A stretch of 64,000 nucleotides of DNA, taken from the NCBI GenBank assembly GCA_951406725.2, contig OX597827.1, positions 19,344,001-19,408,000 on the forward strand. Direction: 5' to 3'. The notes beneath the pieces are model-generated. The model searched no databases, was not told the origin of the DNA, and saw nothing but the letters and a program-made list of their open reading frames with translations. The DNA comes from Octopus vulgaris. Its lineage: Eukaryota. Positions 50,365 to 62,900 of this stretch are shown here, one piece after another. Position numbers and translations under genes: made by a program. The stretch's first letter is position 1; the number at the start of each line of letters is the position of its first letter.

Positions 50365-51269
50365 AGAGAGAGAGAGAGAGCAATAAGAAAATGGAGGGAT
50401 CAATAGGTGGTTCGTCAACTTTTAGACATTATATTATGTTAACTTATTTATTTATTTACTAAAATGACAATTACAAGAATATACATACATGTATAACATA
50501 TTATGCTTTACGTATAAAATATATTAATGTATAAAGATACCAGTAATTATTAAAATATAACATACAGGAATATAAATTGGGAAAAATGCAATTAGCTTTC
50601 GGAAAACACCCACCAAAATTTAACTCGGTTACACATCAGCTGACCAAATAACTTTTTAACCAAGTTGGGTTTTTTTATGACACCTAAACAAAAAAACCCT
50701 AGTACCTGAAACTGACATTCCTAACTAGACACACCTAACCACAAAGTTTTACACACACACACATACTCTCTCTCTTTACTTGTTTCAGTCATTTGACTGC
50801 GGCCATGCTGGAGCATCGCCTTTAGTCGAGCAACTCGACCCCGGGACTTATTCTTTGTAAGCCCAGTACTTATTCTATCGGTCTCTTTTTGCCGAACCGC
50901 TAAGCGACGGCGACATAAACACACCAGCATCGGTTGTCAAGCGATGTTGGATGGGACAAACACAGACACACAAACATACACGCACACACACACACACATA
51001 TATACACATATATATATATATATATACGACGGGCTTCTTTCAGTTTCCGTCTACCAAATCCACTCACAAGGCTTTGGTCGGCCCGAGGCTATAGTAGAAG
51101 ACACTTGCCCAAGATGCCACGCAGTGGGATTGAACCCGGAACCATGTGGTTGGTAAACAAGCTACTTACCACACAGCCACTCCTGCGCCATAACTTGCAT
51201 TCAAGAAGCTTTGAAACTTTTTCAAGGCTGACATCTATTTCAAAGAAGTACAAAACTCTTATTCTCCTT

Positions 51270-51595
51270 CAAAAGTAGGATCTTCTGGCTTCAATGAACC
51301 TATTGAAGTGTTCCAGCTTCTTTCTGAGGGCCCCACGGAAGTCATCCAAAACGAAGGTGTTCAGGACCCTTATCACAACCTCCTTTATCTCCCCCTTTAG
51401 TTTGGGAAACAACCAAAACTTACAGGTGCAAGGGCTGGACTGTAATGATGATGAGGGACAGTTTTGATGCCCCATCTTTGTTGAGCAGTTGGTTACCAAG
51501 ATGGAAATGTGCACTGGTGCATTGTCCTGGTACAGGTGTTCTTCTGGTCTTTTGTGATGAAATCTCTTCATACACTCTTTCAAATCCTCGCTCAA
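51270..51595 (-). pseudogene. Tc1/mariner transposase C-terminal fragment
   Basis: QDNAPVH...FWLFPKLKG matches mariner DNAxxH and YSPDLAPxDFxLFPxLK; degenerate and frameshifted. Confidence 0.75.
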
Positions 51596-53588
51596 ATGGT
51601 GCTCAGATGGAGCTGTTAGCGCTCAACTGGCACAGGTGCCAGTCATCGAATATGGTTCAATTTCGATTTCACTTTCCCCAACATATCTTCGAAAGCAAAG
51701 TTTAGTGTCCAATGAAGGGAGTTTGGCATGGGTGCCAGTCGTCAAATTTGGTTCGATTTTGAATTCAATTTCGATTTCACTTGCCTCAACAGGTCTTTGC
51801 AAGCAGAGTTTTGTGTCCAAAGAAAGAAAGGTATGCATAAGTGGGCTGGCTACATCCCTGGTAAAGGCTACGGGTTATGGTCTCACATGCCCTGCTGGGT
51901 CTTCTCACGCACAGCATACTTCCAAAGGTCTCAGAAATATAAATACAATAAGAATAATAATATCAGGACATAACAACAGGTGTCTTTCGACTGGGGATGA
52001 ATTGAATTCAGCTGCCATGTGTGGAAATGAAGCCTTACGGCAGAGATACAAAACTTTCATGAACACAGGGAAGAATATCGTCGCAGCTCATTTATCAACG
52101 TGCAAGTGGCCAAGCATTTCACAGACACTTGTACCCTTAATGTAGTTCTTGGGGAGATTCAGCGTGACACAGAGTGTGACAAGGCTGGCCCTTTGAAATA
52201 CAGGTACAACAGTATCAAGAAGAAAGAGTGAGAGAAAGTTGTGGTGAAAGAGTACAGCAGTATGAACCAGACATTATAAAGTTAGACTTTTCTGTTTATA
52301 TTTTCTCTGATGAACTGGAATACCTATGATTCGAATTTCATCAAAATTGCAGATGAGGGTTATTTCCCTCTTTACACACCCTAAAAAAATTGTAATCATG
52401 ACACATATATCCCATACTACTGATTTTTATGCATAGATTCCAAAATTCCTGTCTTATAGAACCTGTTAAAAGGATTTTGCTCCTGAAAAATGGAGGTCAT
52501 GGAGCTCTAAAATGGGGGTGGGTGTCTTAATGTCACCCAGAAAAGTTGAATTGTTGAGAATCTTTTTAACTTGGGTCTTATAATCTATTGTTTGAATGTC
52601 TTTGAAATAGGAAATATATGTATGTTCACTGGGTTTGTAAAAGGGAGCAAAGCTACAGGAAATGGAAAGATGAATGATCACAATAAGCAGTCAGTTACCC
52701 TACCCTAGTCGTTACCACTCCCAATGTAGGATTCCTCACCATACAGGTGACAGGCACAGCTGTAAGATGCATTACAGATCTATAGCAATTGGAAGGGCGT
52801 GACCCAACTGAAATAAACATTAACAACTGTGTGACGTGAGGGCTAATGAGAAATGAAAGTGTCACTTCTGGAATTTGCAAATGACTACTATACTGATACG
52901 TAACTGGACAGAATAAATTTACAATCTATAAATGTCTTTGAATAACCAGTCACTCACCTGGGAAGGCCTTGAAATCAATGTTACCATCTGGGGACTCTGT
53001 GACCCAGTGATAATAAAAAGACTGAAAGGAGGTCTGCAACCAAATAACTTTACTCAACTCTTTGCAACTGAATCAGTGGAGGCAAAGATGCGTCTCATTT
53101 ACTTGACAGTTTATGCACCACCCTGCAGAAAACACAACTCTTCTGTTTTAGCCTCAGACCAACCAAAGCCTTGTCAGTGGGTTTTGTAGACAGAAACTGA
53201 AAGAAATCAATCATATATATATATGTATGTAGGTATGTAAGTGGTAATACTAAGTGATCATTGACACTTATTACGACTTGATGTGGTTAGCCATAACCTG
53301 GAATTCACTTGAGAGCCAACCTAGCACCTGCCTGAATAATTTATCCCTGTACACTCATGTTTATATATATATATATATGTGTGTTTGTGTGTGTGCGTGT
53401 GTCAATATAGTGAGTATATACAAATGTATGACAGATATACAAGTGCATCTTTTCCTTGACATATGGACTCTTAGACAACTAAGTTATGATATATATATAT
53501 ATCTATCTATCTATATATATACATATATATATAGATAGATAGATAGATATGCATCAAATGAAATAAAAAACAGAACACAAAGGATGTC

Positions 53589-53680
53589 GCGGTACACGTG
53601 TTTCAAGTTTTATACAACAACCTATTCTTACATCAATGTATAATCGACATAACAGGTGGTTTAAAGCTCTCTTCAGCCGC
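53589..53680 (-). ncRNA. Type-I hammerhead ribozyme motif with extended loop 2
   Basis: Minus strand: GCGG-CUGAAGA-GAGCUUUA(about 49 nt)UAAAACUU-GAA-ACACGUGU-A-CCGC. Intact core, palindromic helix III ACACGUGU, cleavage triplet GUA. Confidence 0.75.
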
Positions 53681-53879
53681 ATGCAATTGCTATACCCTCT
53701 CACCTCTGCTACTACGTGCATATACAGGTGCTTACACTTATCAAGTATTCACCCTGAATTCATATAGGTAGGTTGGTAGGTAGGCAGGTAGGCAGGCAGA
53801 GAGAAAGAGAGAGATCTGTCTCTGATCTCACATGCTAGTCATAGAATACACTGTCAGAAGGAGGAGGATGGCATTCCTA

Positions 53880-55810
53880 AAAGAAACTAGCTTGCTGACA
53901 AACCTGTAATAATGGCTTCTATTCAATGAAGGGCTGCCTCACATAGCTACTACACCATTTTTACTGGGTTCTGAAAAACAGATCAGCCAATCAAATGTGT
54001 ATATGGATATATATCTGGACTTTGCCAAAACCTTTGATGATGTTGATCATAAGTCACAAACTGCATGGCCTTGATATCCTTGGAAAACCAAGGGGGTGAC
54101 TGCACAACTTTTTAAAAGGCAGAAGTCAGGGAGCCACGGCCAATAGTGCCCTTTCTCTGTGAAGAGACATCAATTTTCAGTGGAGTCCCCCAGGGAATTG
54201 TACTGGAACTGCCTGCTACTGTTGCAGCGGAGGCACATGGCCTAGTGGTTAGAGCAGCAGACTGACGGTCGAGGGATCGCAGGTTCGAATCTCAGACCGG
54301 GCGATGTGTGTGTTTATGAGCGAAACACCTAAGCTCCATGCGGCTCCGGCAGAAGGTAATGGCAAAACTTCTGCTGATTCTTTCGCTACAACTTTCTCTC
54401 ACTCTTTCCTCCTGCATCTTGCAGCTCACCTGCGATGGACCAGCGTCCCGTCCAGGTGGGGAACCTATATGCCAAGAAACCGGGAAACCGGCCCTTATGA
54501 GCCAGGCATGGCTCGAGAAGGAACAAACAACAACAAAAAAACAAAACAACAAGCTACTGTTGCAGTGGTTCTTACAGACATGTGTGCAGTCACACAGTCA
54601 GCTACTCTCACCAGCTTTGTTGACAAAACAAAACTCTCACAAGCTGTTAAGAACCATAATGGCACCATAAAACTAAAGAATGTCCTAAATGCAGTATACA
54701 AGTAGGCTGGTGGAAAATTTACAACATTGAACTGAATGCTGTTCAATAAAAATTTTCAAGCACTCTGATATCAGCCCATGAACAGATAGCAATCTGGATA
54801 CACAGAACCAAAGTTGACACATAACCTAGGAGCCCACGTAAGTAATGATGCATCATTCATCATCATCATCGTTTAGCGTCCGCTTTCCATGCTAGCATGG
54901 GTTGGATGGTTCAACTGGGGTCTGGGAAGCCAGAAGGCTGCACCAGGCCTAGTCTGATCTGGCAATGTGTCTACAGCTGGATGCCCTTCCTAACGCCAAC
55001 CACTCCGTGAGTGTAGTGGGTGTTTTTTACGTGCCATTGGCACGGAGGCCAGGCGAGGCTGGCAACGGCCACGATCGGATGGTGCTTTTTACATGCCACC
55101 GGCATGGAGGCTAGTCGGGGCGGCGCTGGCAACGGCCACTTTCGGATGGTTCTCTTACATGGCACTGGTATCACAGCTACAATTTCCATTGATGTTGATC
55201 AATTTTGATTTTGATTCCACTGTGCATATTACTGAGATGGCAACACTGCAGGCAAGTGACTGGCTGGTTGTGAGATCATGTAGAACAAGGAAAAGGGAAA
55301 GTATGCTACTACCTATGGAGAATATTTGTTCTCAGTAGCCTGGATTGCTGTTCCCCACTATGGTCACTACAAAGTTCGAGTTAATAGCAGGACTAGAGGC
55401 AATCCAATGCCACTACACCAGGAAGGTTAACTCATTGCAACAGATGAGCTGTTAGGAGAGGCTGAAAGTGCTGACTCTACTTTCTAGGGATAAGACCTGA
55501 AAGATATGCAGTGTGTTTGTGTGTGTGTCTAGTTCTCAAATTTCGGAATTGAAAGTTATACCAACCACTGGAGTTCATGTCACTGCAGAGTACCGAAGAC
55601 CCTATCCTCTCCATCTTGAGTTAGGACATAATATTGTAACAGCTTAGATTTTTAAGGGCCCGCAACTTTTCGACACTTTTGCCAGACCACTTCAGGGATC
55701 TGTGAAGAGCAGATAAGGATGTATTCAAGAAATATTTGGACAAATTTCTAAAGTACCAGATGAACTTGCATCACCACAGGAAAAAAAAGAAAGAGTAGCT
55801 TTGGCCAACT
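53880..55810 (+). mobile_element. Old degenerate CR1-group LINE remnant with nested SINE C and RTE tail
   Basis: IYLDFAKTFDDVDH; SGVPQGIVL; ...CNSLDF.GP. Many stops; same family as 28665-30400. Confidence 0.75.
54228..54552 (+). mobile_element. SINE family C with 13-bp TSD
   Basis: GCTACTGTTGCAG at 54215-54227 and 54553-54565. Confidence 0.93.
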
Positions 55811-56033
55811 CGTTACTTCATCAGAAACGGTTCTGGAGCGAGCTGGGAAATGAGTGTTAAGTAGAAACCGATCACATTAAAGGTTGTACCCCAGCGTAGC
55901 CATAGAAACCAGTAAAAGTAAGTATATATTTGTGTGTGAAGGTAATCCAAACATGAAAACACAAAGAGAAAACACAACAACGCGAGGACGTGGAACAAGT
56001 ATAGTGTTATTGGACGCTCAGGAAATAAGGAGG

Positions 56034-56068
56034 GTTTAACGTTTCGAGCGGAGCTCTTCGTCAGAAAC
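56034..56068 (-). ncRNA. Minimal type-I hammerhead ribozyme motif in a Penelope-like terminal fragment (about 55925-56145)
   Basis: Minus strand: GUUU-CUGACGA-A-GAGC(UCC)GCUC-GAA-ACGU-U-AAAC. Helix III is the palindrome ACGU; cleavage triplet GUU. Confidence 0.75.
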
Positions 56069-56310
56069 ATAGGAAAAGGTAAGATCCAAAGAAGGGAAGA
56101 CAGAGGGAAAAAAATCGCCAACAGTACACACATGGTCACATTTTATATATATATGTGTGTGTGTGTGTATGTGTGCATATATATGTATTCCTTTGTTCTT
56201 TTATACATTTCAGCCATAAGGCTGTGGCTATGCTGGGGCACCATGCATATTATATATGTGTGTATATACATGTGTGTGTATCGGAGGTGACAGATCTCAT
56301 CTAAGTATGT

Positions 56311-56605
56311 TGTTTGTTCCTTCTCGAGCCATGCTTAGCTCATAAGGGCCAGTTTCTTGGCGTATAGGTTCCCCACCTGGACGGGACACCGGTCCTTCGC
56401 AGGTGAGCTGCAGAATGCAGGAGGAAAGAGTGAGAGAAAGTTGTGGTGAAAAAGTCAGCAGAAGTTCACCATTACCTTCTGCCGGAGCTGCGTGGAGCTT
56501 AGGTGTTTCGCTCATAAACATACACATTGCCTGGTCTGAGATTTGAACCCGCGATCCCTTGACCGCGAGTTCGCTGCTCTAACCACTCGGCCATGTGCCT
56601 CCACA
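56311..56605 (-). mobile_element. SINE family C with 12-bp TSD
   Basis: ATCTAAGTATGT at 56299-56310 and 56606-56617. Confidence 0.93.
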
Positions 56606-57509
56606 ATCTAAGTATGTGGCAGGCTGTGAATGCGCATCATTCACAAGGCCTAACAAGGTCAAAATACATCTGGTGTTCTCACTAGCTGCTACAGCTGCTG
56701 GGATGATTTTCATCTCCTAATATATATTGTTTTCAAACACAGCATGTCCATAAGAGATATCTTCAAATGAATGTCACTATAAATTTCCTTTTAGCGATGT
56801 ATTACCATTATGATATACAGATCAAATGGATATATATATATATCATCATCAGTATCATTGTTTGACTTCCACTTTCCATGCTGGCATGGGTTGGACGGTT
56901 TGACTGAGGACTGGCCAGCCAGCAGGCTGCACCAGGCTCCAATCTGATCGAGCAAGTTTTCTACATCTGGATGCCCTTCTTAATGCCAACCACTCCATGA
57001 GTGTAGTGGGTGGTGTTTTCATGCCACCAGCATGGAAGCCCGTCAGATGGAACTGGCATCAACCACATTTGAGTGGTGCTTTATACGTGCCATTGGCATG
57101 GGGAGCCAGTCAGGTGGCATGGCACCAACACACGCTCAGATGGTGCTTATTACATACCACAGGTGCCAATCAGGCAGTACTGACCACGACTACAATTTTC
57201 ACTTCACTTGACTCAACGGGTCTTCTCAAGCACATCACATTTCCTGATGATTGAAGGGTACTTTTAAATGGGTTGGTTGTGTGACACTGGCATCGGCCAC
57301 GGCTACAATCTCACCTTATTTGCCGGGTCTTCTCAATTACAACATATCTCCAAAGGTCTCAGTCTCATGTCATTGCTTCTGTGAGGCCCAACTTTTGAAG
57401 GTCATGCTTCACCACCTCATCCCATGTCTTCCTGGGTCTACATCTTCCACAGGTTCCTTCCACTGTTGGGTGTAACTCTTCTTTACACAGGCTATATATA
57501 TATATTTAT

Positions 57510-57725
57510 AGGGCAGCGAGCTGGCAGAAATGTTAGCACGCTGTATTTCGTTTGCCGTTACATTCTGAGTTCAAATTCCGCCGAGGTCGAATTTGCCTTT
57601 CATCCTTTCGGGGTCAATAAATTAAGTACCAGTTACGCACTGTGGTCAATGTAATCAACTTAATCCCTTTGTCTGTCCTTGTTGGTCCCTTCTGTGTTTA
57701 GCCCCTTGTGGGTAGTAAAGAAATA
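57510..57725 (+). mobile_element. SINE family D
   Basis: GGCAGCGAGCTGGCAGAAATGTTAGC...GAGTTCAAATTCCG...GCCTTTCATCCTTTCGGGGTC...TTTAGCCCCTTGTGGGTAGTAAAGAAAT. Confidence 0.85.
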
Positions 57726-57980
57726 TATATATATATATATATTTATAGTCCGCAGATGAAATCTAGAGATTCTCAGTACAGAAGACACTTGGAGTGATTA
57801 ATGCTCAAAAGATTCAAACTTTGACTCCAAAGTCTTTATGGGGGATCAATTCCACAGGGTAAAGAGTTGCTATAAGAGGGATCAAGTTGAGTAGATACAG
57901 AGGCAGTTATGCAGATAAACAAATTAGATATATTAAAGATAATAGTTTGGGCATGAAACAGAAAATATGTATACATGCAT

Positions 57981-58320
57981 AGGCGTAGGAGTGGCTGTGT
58001 GGTAAGTAGCTTGTTTACCAACCACATGGTTCCGGGTTCAGTCCCACTGCGTGGCACCTTGGGCAATTGTCTTCTACTATAGCCTCGGGCCGACCAAAGC
58101 CTTGTGAGTGGATTTGGTAGACGAAAAACTGAAAGAAGCACATCGTATATATGTATATTTATATATATGTGTGTGTGCGTGTATGTTTGTATGTCTGTGT
58201 TTGTCCCCCCCCCCCCCAACATCGCTTGACAACCGATGCTGGTGTGTTTATGTCCCTGTCTCCAAAGCCTTGTGAGTGGATTTGGTAGACGGAAACTGAA
58301 AGGAGCCCGTCGTATATATG

Positions 58321-58368
<48 letters not shown>

Positions 58369-58595
58369 ATGTATGTGTGTGTATATGTTTGTGTGTCCGT
58401 GGTTGTACCCCCAACATCGCTTGACAACCGATGCTGGTGTGTTTACATCCCCGTAATTTAGTGGTTCGGCAAAAGATACTGATAGAATAAGTACTAGGCT
58501 TACAAAGAATAAGTCCTGTGGTCGATTTGCTCGACTAAAGGCGGTGCTCCAGCATGGCCACAGTCATATGACTGAAACAAGTAAAAAGTTTAAAG
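57981..58595 (+). mobile_element. SINE family B with internal duplication
   Basis: The CCAAAGCCTTGTGAGTGGATTTGG...CATCGCTTGACAACCGATGCTGG block occurs twice. Confidence 0.88.
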
Positions 58596-58859
58596 AAAAA
58601 AAAATGCAAAATGCGAGAAAGCAGAAGATGGAAATTTCAAATGATAAATATTTAAGTCGAGACTTACAGATATTTATATCAACATATTTCTGTGTTGTTT
58701 GTATTCTGTGTAGGTTGGATCTATTAATATAAATATCTATATATTTATACTCAAATATTTATTGTCTGAAAGTCTTCATCTTTTGCTTTCTCTCATTTTG
58801 CACGTATACATATATATTTATTTTCTGTTTCATGCCAAAACTATTATTTTATATCACAC

Positions 58860-59813
58860 TCCAGGGAGTGAAACAAGAAGTAGTTGATGGCTTCCGCTAC
58901 CCAGGAAACCAAGTTAGTAATGGAGATGGATACTCAGAGAGTATTACCACTGGAATAAGAATAGCCTGGGCAAAGTTTAGAAAGCTTCTACCCCCTACTG
59001 GCAACAAAGAGCCTCTCGCTCAGAGTCAAAGATAGATTGTACGATGCATGTGTGCGAACTGCCACGCTTCACAGTAGTGAAACATGGGCCGTGACTGCGG
59101 AGGACATGCGTAGGCTTGAGAGAAATGAAGCTAGCAGAGTGTAAGGATCCTGAGAGAAATGTTGGACATAAGAAGCATTGGATGTGGTGTGCAAGAAAGA
59201 TGTTCACGCTGGTATGGTCATGTACTACGGATGGATGAGGAGAGATGTGTGAAGAAGTGCCACTCCCAAACAGTTGAAGGAATCCGGAGTAGAGGTTGAC
59301 CCAGGAAGACATGGGATGAGGTGGTCAAGTATGACTTTCGAACGTTGGGTCTCTCAGAGGCAATGACGAAAGACCGAGACCTCTGGAGATATGCTGTGAC
59401 TGCAAAGACTCGGCATTTAAAGCGTGTTCACTGCTGTATCCTACACCAGTTTCGCATAACCAGCCCCAGCCCATTCAAAAGTACCTTGGATCGTAGGGCG
59501 AACTGCTGTGCTTGAGGAGACCTATTGAGTCAAGTACATCAACATCAAAATGAAAATCAAATGGAAATTGTAGTTGTGATACCCATGCCAGTGACACGTA
59601 AAATGCATCATCCGAACGTGGCCGTTCTGTGCTGATGGCACGTAAAAAGCACCCACTACACTCACTAAGTGGTTGGTGTTAGAAGGGCATCCAGCTGTAG
59701 AAACACCACCAGATCAGACTGGAGCCTGGTGCAGCTTCCTAGCTTTCCAGACCCCAGTCGAACCGTCCAACCCATGCTAGCATGGAAAACAGACGTTAAA
59801 AGATGATGATGAA
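58860..59813 (+). mobile_element. 5'-truncated RTE-clade LINE (RT end plus family-A 3' UTR)
   Basis: EVVDGFRY...IRIAWAKFRKLL...RLYDACVRT...SETWAVTAEDMRRLERNEA, then the UTR ending CCATGCTAGCATGG...(GAT)n. Confidence 0.9.
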
Positions 59814-59930
59814 TTTGTTTATCCACTTAATTGCCTCTCTATATAAACACACACAAACACATATACATTTGAATATACTTATAAGTATACGTACTTACAT
59901 GATACATGTATATCTCTTTGAATAGTAAAG

Positions 59931-62900
59931 CTCATTATAGCATAAAAGGAGCGGTTGATGGGTTAACCGAGCACAAAAGCACATTATAACATAAAGGGAG
60001 CTGTTGATGGGTTAACCAAGCACAAAAGCACATTATAACATAAAGGGAGCTGTTGATGGGTTAACCAAGCACAAAAGCACATTATAACATAAAGGGAGCT
60101 GTTGATGGGTTAACCAAGCACAAAAGCACATTATAACATAAAGGGAGCTGTTGATGGGTTAACCAAGCACAAAAGCACATTATAACATAAAGGGAGCTGT
60201 TGATGGGTTAACCAAGCACAAAAGCACATTATAACATAAAGGGAGCTGTTGATGGGTTAACCAAGCACAAAAGCACATTATAACATAAAGGGAGCTGTTG
60301 ATGGGTTAACCAAGCACAAAAGCACATTATAACATAAAGGGAGCTGTTGATGGGTTAACCAAGCACAAAAGCACATTATAACATAAAGGGAGCTGTTGAT
60401 GGGTTAACCGAGTACAAAAGCACATTATAACATAAAGGGAGCTGTTGATGGGTTAACCAAGCACAAAAGCACATTATAACATAAAGGGAGCTGTTGATGG
60501 GTTAACCGAGCACAAAAGCACATTATAACATAAAGGGAGCTGTTGATGGGTTAACCAAGCACAAAAGCACATTATAACATAAAGGGAGCTGTTGATGGGT
60601 TAACCAGCACAAAAGCACATTATAACAAAGGGAGCTGTTGATGGGTTAACCGAGCACAAAAGCACATTATAACATAAAGGGAGCTGTTGATGGGTTAACC
60701 AAGCACAAAAGCACATTATAACATAAAGGGAGCTGTTGATGGGTTAACCAAGCACAAAAGCACATTATAACATAAAGGGAGCTGTTGATGGGTTAACCAA
60801 GCACAAAAGCACATTATAACATAAAGGGAGCTGTTGATGGGTTAACCAAGCACAAAAGCACATTATAACATAAAGGGAGCTGTTGATGGGTTAACCAAGC
60901 ACAAAAACACATTATAACATAAAGGGAGCTGTTGATGGGTTAACCGAGCACAAAAGCACATTATAACATAAAGGGAGCTGTTGATGGGTTAACCAAGCAC
61001 AAAAGCACATTATAACATAAAGGGAGCTGTTGATGGGTTAACCGAGCACAAAAACACATTATAACATAAAGGGAGCTGTTGATGGGTTAACCGAGCACAA
61101 AAGCACATTATAACATAAAGGGAGCTGTTGATGGGTTAACCAAGCACAAAAGCACATTATAACATAAAGGGAGCTGTTGATGGGTTAACCAAGCACAAAA
61201 GCACATTATAACATAAAGGGAGCTGTTGATGGGTTAACCAAGCACAAAAGCACATTATAACATAAAGGGAGCTGTTGATGGGTTAACCAAGCACAAAAGC
61301 ACATTATAACATAAAGGGAGCTGTTGATGGGTTAACCAAGCACAAAAGCACATTATAACATAAAGGGAGCTGTTGATGGGTTAACCAAGCACAAAAAACA
61401 CATTATAACATAAAGGGAGCTGTTGATGGGTTAACCAAGCACAAAAGCACATTATAACATAAAGGGAGCTGTTGATGGGTTAACCAAGCACAAAAGCACA
61501 TTATAACATAAAGGGAGCTGTTGATGGGTTAACCAAGCACAAAAGCACATTATAACATAAAGGGAGCTGTTGATGGGTTAACCAAGCACAAAAGCACATT
61601 ATAACATAAAGGGAGCTGTTGATGGGTTAACCAAGCACAAAAACACATTATAACATAAAGGGAGCTGTTGATGGGTTAACCAAGCACAAAAGCACATTAT
61701 AACATAAAGGGAGCTGTTGATGGGTTAACCAAGCACAAAAGCACATTATAACATAAAGGGAGCTGTTGATGGGTTAACCAAGCACAAAAGCACATTATAA
61801 CATAAAGGGAGCTGTTGATGGGTTAACCAAGCACAAAAGCACATTATAACATAAAGGGAGCTGTTGATGGGTTAACCAAGCACAAAAGCACATTATAACA
61901 TAAAGGGAGCTGTTGATGGGTTAACCAAGCACAAAAGCACATTATAACATAAAGGGAGCTGTTGATGGGTTAACCAAGCACAAAAACACATTATAACATA
62001 AAGGGAGCTGTTGATGGGTTAACCAAGCACAAAAGCACATTATAACATAAAGGGAGCTGTTGATGGGTTACCCAAGCACAAAAGCACATTATAACATAAA
62101 GGGAGCTGTTGATGGGTTAACCAAGCACAAAAGCACATTATAACATAAAGGGAGCTGTTGATGGGTTAACCAAGCACAAAAGCACATTATAACATAAAGG
62201 GAGCTGTTGATGGGTTAACCAAGCACAAAAACACATTATAACATAAAGGGAGCTGTTGATGGGTTAACCAAGCACAAAAGCACATTATAACATAAAGGGA
62301 GCTGTTGATGGGTTAACCGAGCACAAAAGCACATTATAACATAAAGGGAGCTGTTGATGGGTTAACCAAGCACAAAAGCACATTATAACATAAAGGGAGC
62401 TGTTGATTGGTTAACCGAGTACAAAAACACATTATAACATAAAGGGAGCTGTTCATGGGTTAACCAAGTACAAAAGCACATAACATAAAGGGAGCTGTTC
62501 ATGGGTTAACTGAGTACAAAAGCACATTATAACATAAAGGGAGCTGTTGATGGGTTAACCAAGCACAAAAACACATTATAACATAAAGGGAGCTGTTGAT
62601 GGGTTAACCAAGCACAAAAGCACATTATAACATAAAGGGAGCTGTTGATGGGTTAACCAAGCACAAAAGCACATTATAACATAAAGGGAGATGTTGATGG
62701 GTTAACCAAGCACAAAAGCACATTATAACATAAAGGGAGCTGTTGATGGGTTAACCAAGTACAAAAACACATTATAACATAAAGGGAGCTGTTGATGGGT
62801 TAACCGAGCACAAAAGCACATTATAACACAAAGGGAGCTGTTCATGGGTTAATTGAGTACAAAAGCACATTATAACATAAAGGGAGCTGTTGATAGGTTA

